A stretch of 64,000 bases of DNA from contig OZ287076.1 of the NCBI GenBank assembly GCA_965645245.1, forward strand, positions 1,426,001-1,490,000. Direction: 5' to 3'. Below, in pieces: positions 1 to 13,047 of this stretch; the first letter of the stretch is position 1; every line of letters starts with the position of its first letter. The position numbers were made by a program, and so were the translations under genes. Under the pieces are notes generated by a model, which saw only the letters and a list, made by a program, of their open reading frames with translations, ran no database searches and had not been told where the DNA came from. The DNA comes from Massalongia carnosa. Lineage: Eukaryota.

Positions 1-2401
1 ACTGCTAAATGTAATGAAAAAGCTGAAATTATCTCGCATAATAATTCAATGGGTCAAGCATTTCATGACAAAACGATCGATCAATTTGATATTCGATGAA
101 AACAAAAGCAAAACATATTATGTCGAATCAGGAATTCCACAAGGTTCACCAATCTCGCCTATTCTATTTCTGATTTACATTCGTCACTTGTTTCCGAAAA
201 TACGAATGAAATTTATTGCACATTCTCCCAGTTTTATTGACGATGTTGCAATATATGTCGAAAATAAAACTGCAAAACAAAATTGCAAAGAAATCGAAAT
301 CATAGTCAAAACAGCTTTTGATTGGGCCGCATCGAATAATGTCAAATTTGATTACGATAAATCCGAGCTGATTCACTTCGAAAAGACAAGAAATGTATCG
401 AAAGACACATTGGAATTACCAAACGGGACAGTACTAGAACCGAAAAATATAGTCAAATGGTTGGGCGTCTGGTTAGACCGGAAACTGAATTTCAAAAAAC
501 ACGTCGAAACGCGAATCTCTTCTGCGAATCGATCGTTTTTTGCAATTCAGAATTTGATGAAATCCGAATGGGGTCTGAAACCGACCGCATGCAGACAGCT
601 CTATTTGTCATGCATTATTCCTATTTCGGACTATGGCTCAGAAATTTGGTATAATGGTCAAAAGAAATATGAAAAACTATTTCAGAACCTACAAAATCGA
701 ATGATTCGAAAGATTTTAGGAACTTTCAAAACCACACCTATTCAGGCGATGGAAATTGAATCACATGTTTTACCAGTTAAACTTCGATTATTAATGAAAA
801 ATCAAAAATACGCAATTCGATTATTGAAGATTGCCGAAAATAACCCTATTTGTCAAAGAATTCCAAATACATATTCGATAAAATTCGAAAACATCGGTTT
901 TGACACTAGTTTATGGAACAACAAATATGCCGAATGGAACGAAGACGAAAAACAAACAAATAAACGACATCCTAATCAGCTCATTCGCGTTCTTCATTCC
1001 GTTTCCGACATAGTTCACAAAACTGATGAGTTTGAACAATCAAATCATTTTATTAAACCTTGGAAATCGCCGTGCAAAATCGAATTTCAAATCGAAAATA
1101 CATAGGAATCTGCTAAATCAAGTTATTATTCGACCTTATCCAAAATTCAATCAATGAACTCCGATAAATCCCGAGTTTTACTTTATACGGATGGATCAAA
1201 AATCGAATTTGCAACGTCTGCAGTCACATTTGCGCCAATTATGAGGAATTGGAGTAGTATTATCAATAATTTTGATCGATTTATCGAAAAAGATTGACTG
1301 ATCAAGTATCATACGATTTCGAAAAGCTGGAAATTAAGCAAACAGTCAAGCATTAAAAATGCTGAACTGCATGCAATTTTACAAGCAATGAAATGGGTCT
1401 ATAAATTGTCTAATACTAATATTTTATCGAACTTGGAAAAAACGATTTGGATTTTTTCTGATAGTATAAACGCGATAAACGAAATTCAGAACTTGAAAAA
1501 TCATATTTTCGCAAGACAAATTCGAAAGCTCGCAAAACGCTTATTTGAAAGCAATTATCAGGTGATTTTGCAATGGGTTCCGAGTCATTCGAATATTACC
1601 GAAAACGAAATTGCAGACAAAATAGCAAAGACGGGCCATAATCAAATCCTAGTCGAGTCCTCGGCTATAACATTTGATTATGTAAAAGATCAAATAAATC
1701 AAAATATGCTAACCACATGGACGAATCAATGGCAAAAATGCAAATCAAAAGGCAAATACTACGAGAAATTCGAAATGAAACCTGGCATATCGAGATTTTA
1801 TTATTTATCAAACAACTGTTCCAAATTGATATTTGCTACTATTATGCAATTAAAATTCGGACACGGCTATTTTCGATCATATTTACATCGATTGAAAGAT
1901 TATAATTCGTCAAAATGCTCAAATCGATGCAATCAACGACAAACGCCAGAACACTTGTTATTGAATTGCATTCATTATTTCGATGAAATTCAAAACATGA
2001 AACAAACCATCGATACTACGATCAACTTGAATATGTTGTTTAATACAAAAATCGGAAATGACATTTTGATTAAATTCATTGTCAATAACAAAATCGCGAC
2101 TAGAAAATGGATACTAAGTCAGCTTGATATCGAAACTGGAGGTTGGGGAGAGATCGAACAGTAAAATCAGAAACGATTTATGCTTAAACAGTTACGAACT
2201 TACAAAGATAAATTGTAAAATCGATAATTTTCGATTACTATAGGTTGTTACTAACAAGGAGTAAAAATGGGGAAAAATTGACGATACATAGATGGGTTAT
2301 AAAGGGTTGATTTATTTGTAATATAGAAACATATCCTAAAATAGTTTAGTGTCATAACCTTAGGTTGAATACACTTAATGAATAAATAAAAAATAAAAAA
2401 A
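1..2401 (+). mobile_element. Tad1-like LINE, subfamily B, 3' part (RT C-terminus, RNase H, 3' UTR, poly-A); ORF2 interrupted by stops
   Basis: ORFs 14-1105 and 1388-2164 are nearly identical to ORF2 of the intact copy at 20703-24716 (GIPQGSPISPILF, FIDD, YTDGS). Premature TAG at 1103 and TGA near 1297. A-rich tail at ~2381-2401, followed by sequence matching the 5' UTR of subfamily A. Confidence 0.95.
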
Positions 2402-5400
2402 ACAAAACTTCTTGGTTTTCATTTGAAATTAAGGTTACCGGTACCGTATAAACTATTCCATTTTGGGTTTTTTCGATTTTCGTTGAACTGCCGACCAACA
2501 ATCTGCTGAAACGAAGGGGAAAAACGTCTGAAATAGGGTTAAACCAAAGGCCCTGTTTCGACTAACCTGAATAGGAAGTCTCCTACTCTCTCATTGTACT
2601 TGATGTTTATTTCTGGATCAAAAACATTTTTTAAAAAAAAAATTTTTTCTGTTCGATCGTAAAATTCTTATTATATTCCAAATATCGTAGTGTCAAGGTA
2701 AAAAGTTAAATAAGATATATTGCCTAAGCGAGGAACGGTCTATTTTAACTCGACTAGGATTTATGTGACTTGTTATTGTCAAATAAATAGGGTTTGGAAG
2801 GCAAGAGTCTTTAGACCAGTAAATCGGTGTAAAAACTCTCTATTCTGAATATTACGTCCGGGGAACGTCAGAATAAACTATTTGGTGGCGATAAAGGGGA
2901 TATAGCAAAGGCAAAATCGATTTATTTATAAAATCATGTTTAACGCGGTAATAAACCGCCGGAATATACCAAGGACACCACCCCCAGCCGGTCCCGCCCC
3001 CCTATCGACTCCTTACCCGGCCCCCCCCCGACACTCCCCCGGACCATCTCCGGTGGCGTTGATAGGGAGCTCTCCCCGTCTTGAACCTATGGATCAAACT
3101 CGCGAATATGCATCAGCCCCGTCAACACCGACACCAAAGGCAACGAAATTCCCATCGGGTCCATTTTCCACTATCTTGCCGATGCCTTCATTGAACTTAA
3201 ACATTGGATCAAGCCCACCAATCAAACGAAATAAAAGACGCACATTTGACGAACATTCGAGAGATAGCCAAGAAGCGATCAATCGGGCAAATTCAATTGA
3301 GCTTCTAAAGTCGGCCAAAAAAGCATTATTGCAATCATTTGTACTGGACAAAAATCCACAAACGGCTTTCGTAATTGACAACGTTAATTCGTTGATTTCG
3401 AAAAAATCAATCAATTTACAAACATCCTTAGATATGATTAACTATAAAATGGGCATAGTACTTGATCAAACTAGTCATCTTTCCTCAAAAACGTCACAAC
3501 AACAAACGACTCCACTACAGAATGGTCCAAAAATCCAAAAACCTGTTGTTAAATTGAATGAAAATTCAATTATCGAAAATCAGACCATTCGCAAAGGAGC
3601 CACCGGGGTCTCTGGTAACAATGTTAGCACAACCGGTACATGGAGTCAAATGCTTGGAAAAGCAACCGAAAACTCCGAAAATTGGACTACTATTCAAAGG
3701 AAAAGTTCGAATCATAATTCGAACAAAGTCGATCGATTTGATGCAATCAAGGCCAGAGGACTCGTGATTTCACCGAAAAATCCTGACGCTCAAATCGACT
3801 CTATGAAGTTGCGTGATCAAATTAACGCGCTATTAAAAAACGCAAATTTAAATATCATCGTCAATACTGTTGAAAAGTCCAAAATCGGTCAGAATATCGT
3901 TCTCATCACTAGCCCTGACAACAATGCCGAAGAATTGTTGAAAAATAAATCTTCATGGGAACACATTTTCGAATCACAAAGAATTCGAAAAGACGAATCC
4001 TGGTTTAAAGTCATAGCACACAGAGTAAATATCTCGTTATTCGATAATAACATGCAATATTTGCAAACCGAAATCGAAAAATACAATTCGAATATGCAAC
4101 TATGTGATTTACCAAGATGGCTTGCTCGGGATCGTCAAAACAAAGTCACGTCGTCGGTAGTTTTGACTTTCAATAATCAAAATCAAGCGTCAAACGCGTT
4201 AAGAGGCGTGAATATCGCGGGTAGACATTGTGACACGGAAATATTTGCTTCCGTTCGTCCAAACACGCAATGTATTAATTGTCAGAAATTTGGACATAAG
4301 CATTAGCAATGCAAAAGTCCGGCAAAATGCAATATATGCGCACAAATTCATGAAACGCATAATCATGAATGCACAACATGAAAGTCTTAAATTGCATGCG
4401 CACATTCAATTCTGAAATGCGTCAATTGCAACAAAAATCATCAATCGAACGATATAGGTTGCGAAATGTTTATCTCGCTAAATCCTAGAAAATCGAATGA
4501 TGAATTAATGCTTTGTTAATGGCGGGACAACATTCGTTGACAAATATCGAAAATACACAAAATGTCAAATTTATTCAACATAATTGTGCAAAGTCAACGA
4601 ATGCAATGATTTCGTGTCTGGAATATGCAGTATTAATCGTGTTGATATTGTGTTATTACAGGAACCATGGACGCGAGATCAAAAAACAATTTCCCATTCG
4701 TCATTCACATGTATTATGCCGAAAATAGCGACTTATCGGCCGAGAGTAGCTATATTCGTTACAAAATGCAATCCAAAATTACAATGCACGCCTAGAACGG
4801 ATCTTATAAACGATACTGATCTGCAAATTATCGAAATTACAATTGAGAAGTTCGAAAAGTGCAGATCTTTTACCTTTACAATGAAAATAGTCTAAACGAT
4901 CGAGAAACATATACAATCGATCGACTCTTAGATAAATATCAACCTATATCAACTGATCAATTTGTCATATGTGGAAATTTCAATGCACATCATAGCTGGT
5001 GGAATTCGAAGATTCAAAATGCAATTCAATCAGAAAATCTAGTCAAATGGTTAAAATTAAACAAATGTAGTTTAATAAATACGCCTAATCTATATACATT
5101 TTTTGCTCATTCAGGAAATTCTTCATCTACACCCGTTTGCAAAATGGTGTGCCGAACTTTGAACCCCGAAACTGTGCGGTAAAAAAAAATAATATGCGAC
5201 AGAATTGGACCACACATCAGAATTTGGTCCAGTAGCTAATGGCCCTCCTCCCTTTCACACCACCTTTTGCAGTCTGCAGGATAAATGATATGTAGTGTTC
5301 TCATGTAGATCTTTATTCTTGCTACCTCGTAGTTTCAAAGCCAAACATGGGACGATCATTCAGCATCATCAAATGCCAGGCTATAAAGTTCGGACTGGAA

Positions 5401-8400
5401 TCGGGTGAAGATGCTACTGGTGTCAGCAGCAGACAACTACGTAAGATGAGACATAATTGGGAACATTTCAGTGAGGTTGCAAAACCTCAGCTTGCTACTG
5501 GCCAGCGCAAGAAAATGAATCAACAACAAATCGATCAACTACTCGTGTATCTAGATCAGAGACCTACCTCTTATTTGGACGAGAGGTGCTGGTTTTTGTA
5601 TGATGAATTAGATGTCTTGGTGAGCGAGTCTACGGTTTCTCGAACTCTTAAGCAGATGGCCTGGAATCGAGAGATGGCTATTCGTATAGCACAACAACGC
5701 AACCAATCATTGCGTGGTAAAGGTAGACGTGATGAAAGATCAAGAATACGGGCATTTAAAACTGGTGATGATGATCTAGGAGGATTGATCCTAAGCATTT
5801 GTTTAAATGAAGGTGCTGAGTTCCTAGGTAATTCAGTAGTAGATGCCCGTTTTCAGGATTGTTTGGAGGGCTGTTTGGGGGGCTGTTTTGAAGGCTGTTT
5901 AGGAGGCTGTTTTCGAGGCATGATGGCTGGAATAACTACGTTGAAAGTTCATATAAACGACAATCAAAAGGATATCATTAACCGTACTATCCTATAGACT
6001 GCAAATGGCAGTGTGAAGGGGAGGAAGGCTATTAACTACTGCACCAAATTCTGATATGTGGTCCAATTCTGTCGCTTATTTTTTTTTTTTTTTTACCGCG
6101 CAGTTTCGGGGTTCAAAGTTCGGCACACCATTTTGCAAACGGGTGTATTATTGATTTAACATTTGCAAATTCTAAAATCGAAAACGCAATTACAAATTGG
6201 TCAATCGATGAAAACGCAGTCACGGGTTCAGATCATGAAGTTATTCGATTTGAACTTATCGCGTCTTTCAAGAACTTGACGTCACACGCAACCGCATTAT
6301 CGAATAAATACAACTGCAATAAAGCCGATTGAGATAAATTCGCGAAGTTTCTAGACGAAAATGAAATAAACTACGAGTCCCAAATACAAAGTCTATTGAA
6401 CAATTATCAATTTGATGAATAAGCGTTATATTTGCAAAACGTTATCAAAAACGCGGCTGAAATGTTTATTCCGAAGACAAAAATATGCGCAAAATCGAAA
6501 AATTGGTGGTCGCAAGATTTATCCGGACTTCGAAAAATCATGTGTAGACATCGTCGAGAATGGAAGAATAATCCGTCCTATTTTAGTCATCAAACATTTA
6601 GACATAGTCGAATCGGGTACTTTTCATGCAATTCGAAAAGCGAAACAGCAAACTTGTTTGGCTTTCCTCGAAAACGCAGCGAATAAAGACGTATTTACAG
6701 CTTATAAATACACTAAACTGCGCATGTTCGAAAAAATACCACCTATTCAATATGAAAATAAGTTAAATGTTCAAATCGATCACAAATGCGATGCGTTTGT
6801 GTCAGCAATGTACACAAAAAACCCGTTCATGGATGATAATATTGAAGATTTAACGAATCAAGACAGCGAAAATGACAACAATTGGTCGAATTTAACCGAA
6901 AATAAATTACAAAATGCGATTAGTTTGTTTAATCCAAAGAAATCATGTGGACCTGATGCAATCAATTTCACAATAATTCAAAAATCGTTTAAACCATTGA
7001 AAAACGTGTTTTTCACTATTTATTCTAAATTTATACAAATCGGTTATCACCCGTTATGTTGGAGAACAGGACTCGGTGCTGTTTTAAAAAAACCTAATAA
7101 ACCAGACTACTCGCTGCCAAAATCATATCGAATTATTACCTTACTGAATTGTCTTGGTAAAATTGCGGAGAAAATAGTTGCGAATCGACTAGCCTACCTC
7201 GGCGAAAATTCGAGCTTGTTAGATACCGAACAAATAGGCGGACGCAAAAATCATTCTGCAATCGATGCGGTAATAAACGACGTTCATGATATTGAAATCG
7301 CAAACCGAAACAAAAACGTTTTATCATGTCTATTACTCGATGTCAAAAGTAGCATCTGACTTTGTTTCGATTAATCAATTGCTAAATGTCATGAAAAAGC
7401 TGCATTTATCTCGCATAGTTATTCAATGGGTCAAGCATTTTATGACAAAACGATCGATCAATTTGATATTCGATGAACACAAAAGCAAAACGTACTATAT
7501 CGAATCTGGAATTCCACAAGGTTCACCAACTTCGCCAATTCTATTTCTGATTAATATTCGTTACTTATTTCCGAAAATACGAATGAAATTCAATGCTCAT
7601 TCACCTAGCTTTATAGACGATGTTGCAATATATGTCGAAAATAAAACTGCCAAACAGAATTGCAAAGAAATCGAAATTATCGTCAAATCAACTTTTGATT
7701 GGGCCGCAACGAATAATGTCAAATTTGATGACGAAAAATCTGAGTTGATTCACTTCGAAAAGTCAAGAAATGCATCAAAAGACAAAGTGCAATTACCAAA
7801 CGGGACAATACTAGAACCAAAAAATTCTGTCAAATGGTTAGGAGTCTAGTTAGACCGAAAACTAAATTACAAAAAACACGTCGAAACGCGAATTGCTTCT
7901 GCAAATCGATCGTTTTCCGCAATTCAAAATTTGATTAAGTCTGAATGGGGACTAAAGCCAAAAATGCAGACAGCTCTATTTGTCATACATTATTCCTATT
8001 TCGGACTATGGCTCAGAAATCTGGTATAACGGTCAAAAGAAATATGAAAAGCTATTTCAGAATCTGCTAAATCGAAAGATTCGAAAGATTTTAGGCACAT
8101 TCAAAACCACGCCTGTTCAGGCGATGGAAATTGAATCGCATATTTTACCAGCCAAGCTACGATTGTTGATGAAAAATCAAAAATACGAAATTCGATTATT
8201 GAAGATTGCCGAAAATAATCCTATTTGTCAAAGAATTCCCAGTACCTATTGGGTGAAATTCGAAAACATCGGTTTTGACACTAGTTTATGGAACAACAGA
8301 TATGCTGAATGGAACGAAGACGAGAAAAAATCGAGTAAACCTCATCCTAGTCAGCTTATCCGTATTCTTCATTCCGTTTCGGATATAGTTCACAAAACTG

Positions 8401-9781
8401 ATGAATTCGAATCAGTAAATAATTTCATCAAACCATGGAAGCCGTCTTGTAAAATCAAGTTCCAAATCGAAAGATCAAAAGAAACAGCAAAGTCAAGTTA
8501 TTATTCGACTTTATCAAAAATTCAATCAATAAACGCCGATAAATCTCGAATGTTACTCTATACCGATGGATCAAAAACCGAGTTTTCAACTTCCGCTGTC
8601 ACATTTGCACCAATTACGCGAAATTGGAACAATTTCACCGATAACTTCAATCGTTTTATCGAAAAAGATTTTCTCCTCAAACATCATACGATTTCGAAAA
8701 GCAGGAAATTAAACAAACAAGTCAAGCGTTATAAATGCTGAACTGTATGCGATACTACAAGCAATAAAATGGGTATACAAATTAGCAATTGCGAATATTC
8801 TCTCCAATTTGGAAAAAACGATTTGGATTTTCTCCGATAGCATAAACGCGATAAACGAAATTCAGAACTTGACAAATCATGCTTACGCAAAACAAATTCG
8901 AAAATTCTCGAAATGCTTATTCGGAAACAATTATCAGGTGGTTCTACAATGGATTCCTAGTCATTCGAAAATCGTCGAAAATGAAATTGCAGATAAAGCA
9001 GCAAAAGCGGGATGTAGTCGAATCCTAGTCGAGTCTTCGATAATAATATTTGATTATGTAAAGGGTCAAATATATCGGAATATGTTAGCCACATGGGCGA
9101 ATCAATGGCAACAATGCAAGTCAAAAGGCAAATACTATGAGAAATTCGAAATGCGGCCGGGCAAATCGAGTTTTTATTATCTGTCGAATAATTGTTCGAA
9201 ATTAATATTTGCGACTATTATGCAAATGAAATTCGGACACGGTTATTTTCGATCATATCTGCACCGATTGAAAGATTATAATTCGTCAAAATGCACAGGG
9301 CGCTGCAGCGAACGTCAAACGCCAGAATACTTATTGATGAATTGCATACATTATTCAAATGAAATCCTAAACATGAAACAAAATATCGATACCACAATTA
9401 CTTTTAAAATGTTGTTTAATACTAGGATCGGAATTAATTTTGATTAAATTTATTGTTGATAACAAAATCGCGACTAGAAAATGGATGCTAGGTCAGCTCG
9501 ATGACGAAAATATCGAAACGGGAGGTTAGGGAGAGATCGAACAGTAAAATTAGAAATGATTTATGCTGGAATATTTACGAGCTTTACAAAAACAAATTGT
9601 AAAATCGATATTTCGATTACTAAAGGTTGTTACTAACACGGAGTAAAAACGGGGCAATATTGACGATAGATAGTTGGGTTATAAAGGGTTGATTTATTTG
9701 TAAAATAAAACCATATCTTAAAATAGTTTAGCGTCATAACCTTAGATTGAATACACTTAATGAATAAATAAATAAAAAAAA
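2402..9781 (+). mobile_element. Tad1-like LINE, subfamily A, degenerate near-full-length copy (A1), interrupted by a Tc1-like element
   Basis: Colinear with the intact copy 10554-17306 from mid-5' UTR (ACAAAACTTCTTGG) to the poly-A at ~9762-9781. ORF1 2936-4306 has a premature stop; ORF2 is broken by frameshifts and stops. Confidence 0.95.
5130..6145 (+). mobile_element. Internally deleted Tc1/mariner (IS630-Tc1) DNA transposon with ~145-bp imperfect TIRs and TA TSD
   Basis: Termini CACCCGTTTGCAAAATGGTGTGCCGAAC... (5130) and ...GTTCGGCACACCATTTTGCAAACGGGTG (6145). TA at 5128-5129 and 6146-6147; removing the insert restores LINE CTTCATCTA|TTATTGATTT. ORF 5347-5997 has a Tc1-type HTH (RPTSYLDE...VSESTVSRTLKQMAW) but no DDE domain. 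Confidence 0.88.
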
Positions 9782-11463
9782 TCGAAATTCATTCGAATCG
9801 GTTATCACCCGTTATGCTGGCGGACAGGACTCGATGCAGTCCAGAAAAAACCTAATAAATCAGACTCTTCGTTTCCAAAATCATATTGAATTATCACATT
9901 ACTAAATTGTCTTGGTAAAATTGCTGAGAAAATCGTTGCAAATCGACTAGCCTATTTCGGTTAAAGTTCGAATTTACTCGATATCGAACAGATGGGCGGA
10001 CGCAAAAATCATTCTTCAATTGACGCAGTAATGAACGTTGTTCATGATATTGAAATTGCAAATAGAAATAAAAACGTCTTATCATGTTTATTACTCGATG
10101 TCAAAGGCGCATTTGACTTTGTCTCGATTATCAACTGCTAAATGTTATGAAAAAGCTGAAATTATCTCGCATGATAATTCAATGGGTCAAGCATTTCATG
10201 AAAAAACGATCGATCAATTTGATATTTGATGAAAACAAAAGCAAAACATATTATGTCGAATCTGGATTTCACAAGGCTCACCAATCTCGCCTATTCTATT
10301 TCTGATTTACATTCTTCACTTGTATCCGAAAATACAAATGAATTTCAATGCACATTCTCCCAGTTTTATTGACGATGTTGCAATATATTTCGAAAATAAA
10401 ACTGCAAAACAGAATTGGAAAGAAATCGAAATCATAGTCAAAACGGCCTTTGATTGGGCCGCATCGAATAATGTCAAATTTGATTACGATAAATCCGAGC
10501 TGATTCACTTCGAAAAGACAAGAAATGTATCGAAAGAGACATTGGAATTAATTGGAGATCAGTCATCAGCAAAAAGCCAACCCCCAAAACATCGGTACCC
10601 TATATTTTGATATACTGAAACTTTCCCAACTTATTCTCCTCATTCTTCTCATTCATTTGAGCCTACCAGAAGCTAAAACCCATCAGAATTGGGTACAGGA
10701 GAGCTCTTCCACTGCTCCTGCAGAGTTTTCCTCGCGGTCTATCCGCCCCTTCACCAAAAAGCGCGTCCAAAAAATCTACAAAACACAAAAACACCAACAA
10801 CAACGTCAAAAATCGCTCGATTTTCGATATTTCTTCGGTTTAATTGTCGCATAGATCTCATCTATTATCACAAAAATTATCTACAAAATATCATCACTGT
10901 CGCGTAACTGTACAACCTGTTCTCGAGACAACAAAACTTCTTGGTGTTCATTTGAAAATTAAGGTTACCGGTACCGTATACACTATTCCATTTTGGGTTT
11001 TTTCGATTTTCGTTGAACTGCCGACAAACAATCTGCTGAAACGAAGGGGAAAAACGTCTGAAATAGGGTTAAACCAAAGGCCCTGTTTCAGGCTAACCAG
11101 AATAGGAAGTCTCCTCTCTCTCATTGTACTTGATTTTTATTTCTGGATCAAAAACATTTTTTAAAAAAAAAATTTTCTGTTCGATCGTAAAATTCTTATT
11201 ATATTCCATATATCGTAGTGTCAAGGTAAAGAGTTAAATAAGATCTATTGCCTAAGCGAGGAACGGTCTATTTTAACTCGACTAGGATTTATTTGACTTG
11301 TTATTGTCAAATAAATAGGGTTTGGAAAGCAAGAGTCTTTAGACCAGTAAATCGGCGTAAAAACTCTCTATTCTGACTATTACGTCCGGGGAACGTCAGA
11401 ATAAATTATTTGGTGGCGATAAAGGGGATATAGCAAAGGCAACATCGATTTATTTATAAATCC

Positions 11464-13047
11464 ATGTTTAACGCGGTAATGAACCGCCGGAATATACCAA
11501 GGACACCACCCCCAGCCGGTCCCGCCCCCCTATCGACCCCTTACCCGGCCCCCCCCCGACACTCCCCCGGACCATCTCCGGTGGCGTTGATAGGGAGCTC
11601 TCCCCGTCTTGAACCTATGGATCAAACTCGCGAATATGCATCAGCCCCGTCCACACCGACACCAAAGGCAACGAAATTCCCATCGGGTCCATTTTCCACT
11701 ATCTTGCCGATGCCTTCATTGAACTTAAATATTGGATCAAGCCCACCAATCAAACGAAATAAAAGACGCACATTTGACGAACATTCGAGAGATAGCCAAG
11801 AAGCGATCAATCGGGCAAATTCAATTGAGCTTCTAAAGTCGGCCAAAAAAGCATTATTGCAATCATTTGTACTGGACCAAAATCCACAAACGGCTATCGT
11901 AATTGACAACGTTAATTCGTTGATTTCGAAAAAATCAATCAATTTACAAACATCCTTAGATATGATTAACTATAAAATGGGCATAGTACTTGATCAAACT
12001 AGTCATCTTTCCTCAAAAACGTCACAACAACAAACGACTCCACTACAGAATGGTCCAAAAATCCAAAAACCTGTTGTTAAATTGAACGAAAATTCAATTA
12101 TCGAAAATCAGACCATTCGCAAAGGAGCCACCGGGGTCTCTGGTAACAATGTTAGCACAACCGGTACATGGAGTCAAATGCTTGGAAAAGCAACCGAAAA
12201 CTCCGAAAATTGGACTACTATTCAAAGAAAAAGTTCGAATCATAATTCGAACAAAGTCGATCGATTTGATGCAATCAAGGCCAGACGACTCGTGATTTCA
12301 CCGAAAAATCCTGACGCTCAAATCGACTCTATGAAGTTGCGTGATCAAATTAACGCGCTATTAAAAAACGCAAATTTAAACATCATCGTCAATACTGTTG
12401 AAAAGTCCAAAACCGGTCAGAATATCGTTCTCACCACTAGCCCTGACAACAATGCCGAAGAATTGTTGAAAAATAAATCTTCATGGGAACATATTTTCGA
12501 ATCACAAAGAATTCGAAAAGACGAATCCTGGTTTAAAGTCATAGCACACGGAGTAAATATCTCGTTATTCGATAATAACATGCAATATTTGCAAACCGAA
12601 ATCGAAAAATACAATTCAAATATGCAACTATGCGATTTACCAAGATGGCTTGCTCGGGATCGTCAAAACAAAGTCACCTCGTCGGTAGTTTTGACTTTCA
12701 ATAATCAAAATCAAGCGTCAAACGCGTTAAGAGGCGTGAATATCGCGGGTAGACATTGTGACACGGAAATATTTGCTTCCGTTCGTCCAAACACGCAATG
12801 TATTAATTGTCAGAAATTTGGACATAAGCATTATCAATGCAAAAGTCCGGCAAAATGCAATATATGCGCACAAAGTCATGAAACGCATAATCATGAATGC
12901 ACAACATGCAAGTCTAAAATCGCATGCGCACATGCAATTCTGAAATGCGTCAATTGCAACAAAAATCATCAATCGAACGATATAGGTTGCGAAATGTTTA
13001 TCTCGCTAAATCCTAGAAAATCGAATGATGAATTAATGCTTGGTTAA
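11464..13047 (+). CDS. LINE ORF1 gag-like nucleic-acid-binding protein (527 aa)
   Basis: Pro-rich N-terminus; C-terminal CCHC knuckles CINCQKFGHKHYQC, CNICAQSHETHNHEC, CVNCNKNHQSNDIGC typical of Tad1/Jockey ORF1. Confidence 0.93.
   Translation: MFNAVMNRRNIPRTPPPAGPAPLSTPYPAPPRHSPGPSPVALIGSSPRLEPMDQTREYASAPSTPTPKATKFPSGPFSTILPMPSLNLNIGSSPPIKRNKRRTFDEHSRDSQEAINRANSIELLKSAKKALLQSFVLDQNPQTAIVIDNVNSLISKKSINLQTSLDMINYKMGIVLDQTSHLSSKTSQQQTTPLQNGPKIQKPVVKLNENSIIENQTIRKGATGVSGNNVSTTGTWSQMLGKATENSENWTTIQRKSSNHNSNKVDRFDAIKARRLVISPKNPDAQIDSMKLRDQINALLKNANLNIIVNTVEKSKTGQNIVLTTSPDNNAEELLKNKSSWEHIFESQRIRKDESWFKVIAHGVNISLFDNNMQYLQTEIEKYNSNMQLCDLPRWLARDRQNKVTSSVVLTFNNQNQASNALRGVNIAGRHCDTEIFASVRPNTQCINCQKFGHKHYQCKSPAKCNICAQSHETHNHECTTCKSKIACAHAILKCVNCNKNHQSNDIGCEMFISLNPRKSNDELMLG

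Noticed and set aside
11030..11110. Hammerhead or RNase P/MRP-like motifs (CTGCTGAAACGAA, GGAAGTCTCC) in the 5' UTR
   Set aside because: No complete CUGANGA/GAAA core or P4 partner is conserved across the subfamilies.
10844..11164. 106-aa sense uORF in the LINE-A 5' UTR
   Set aside because: No ATG start, and the frame is not maintained in the B, D or A1 copies; the conservation is better explained by RNA structure.
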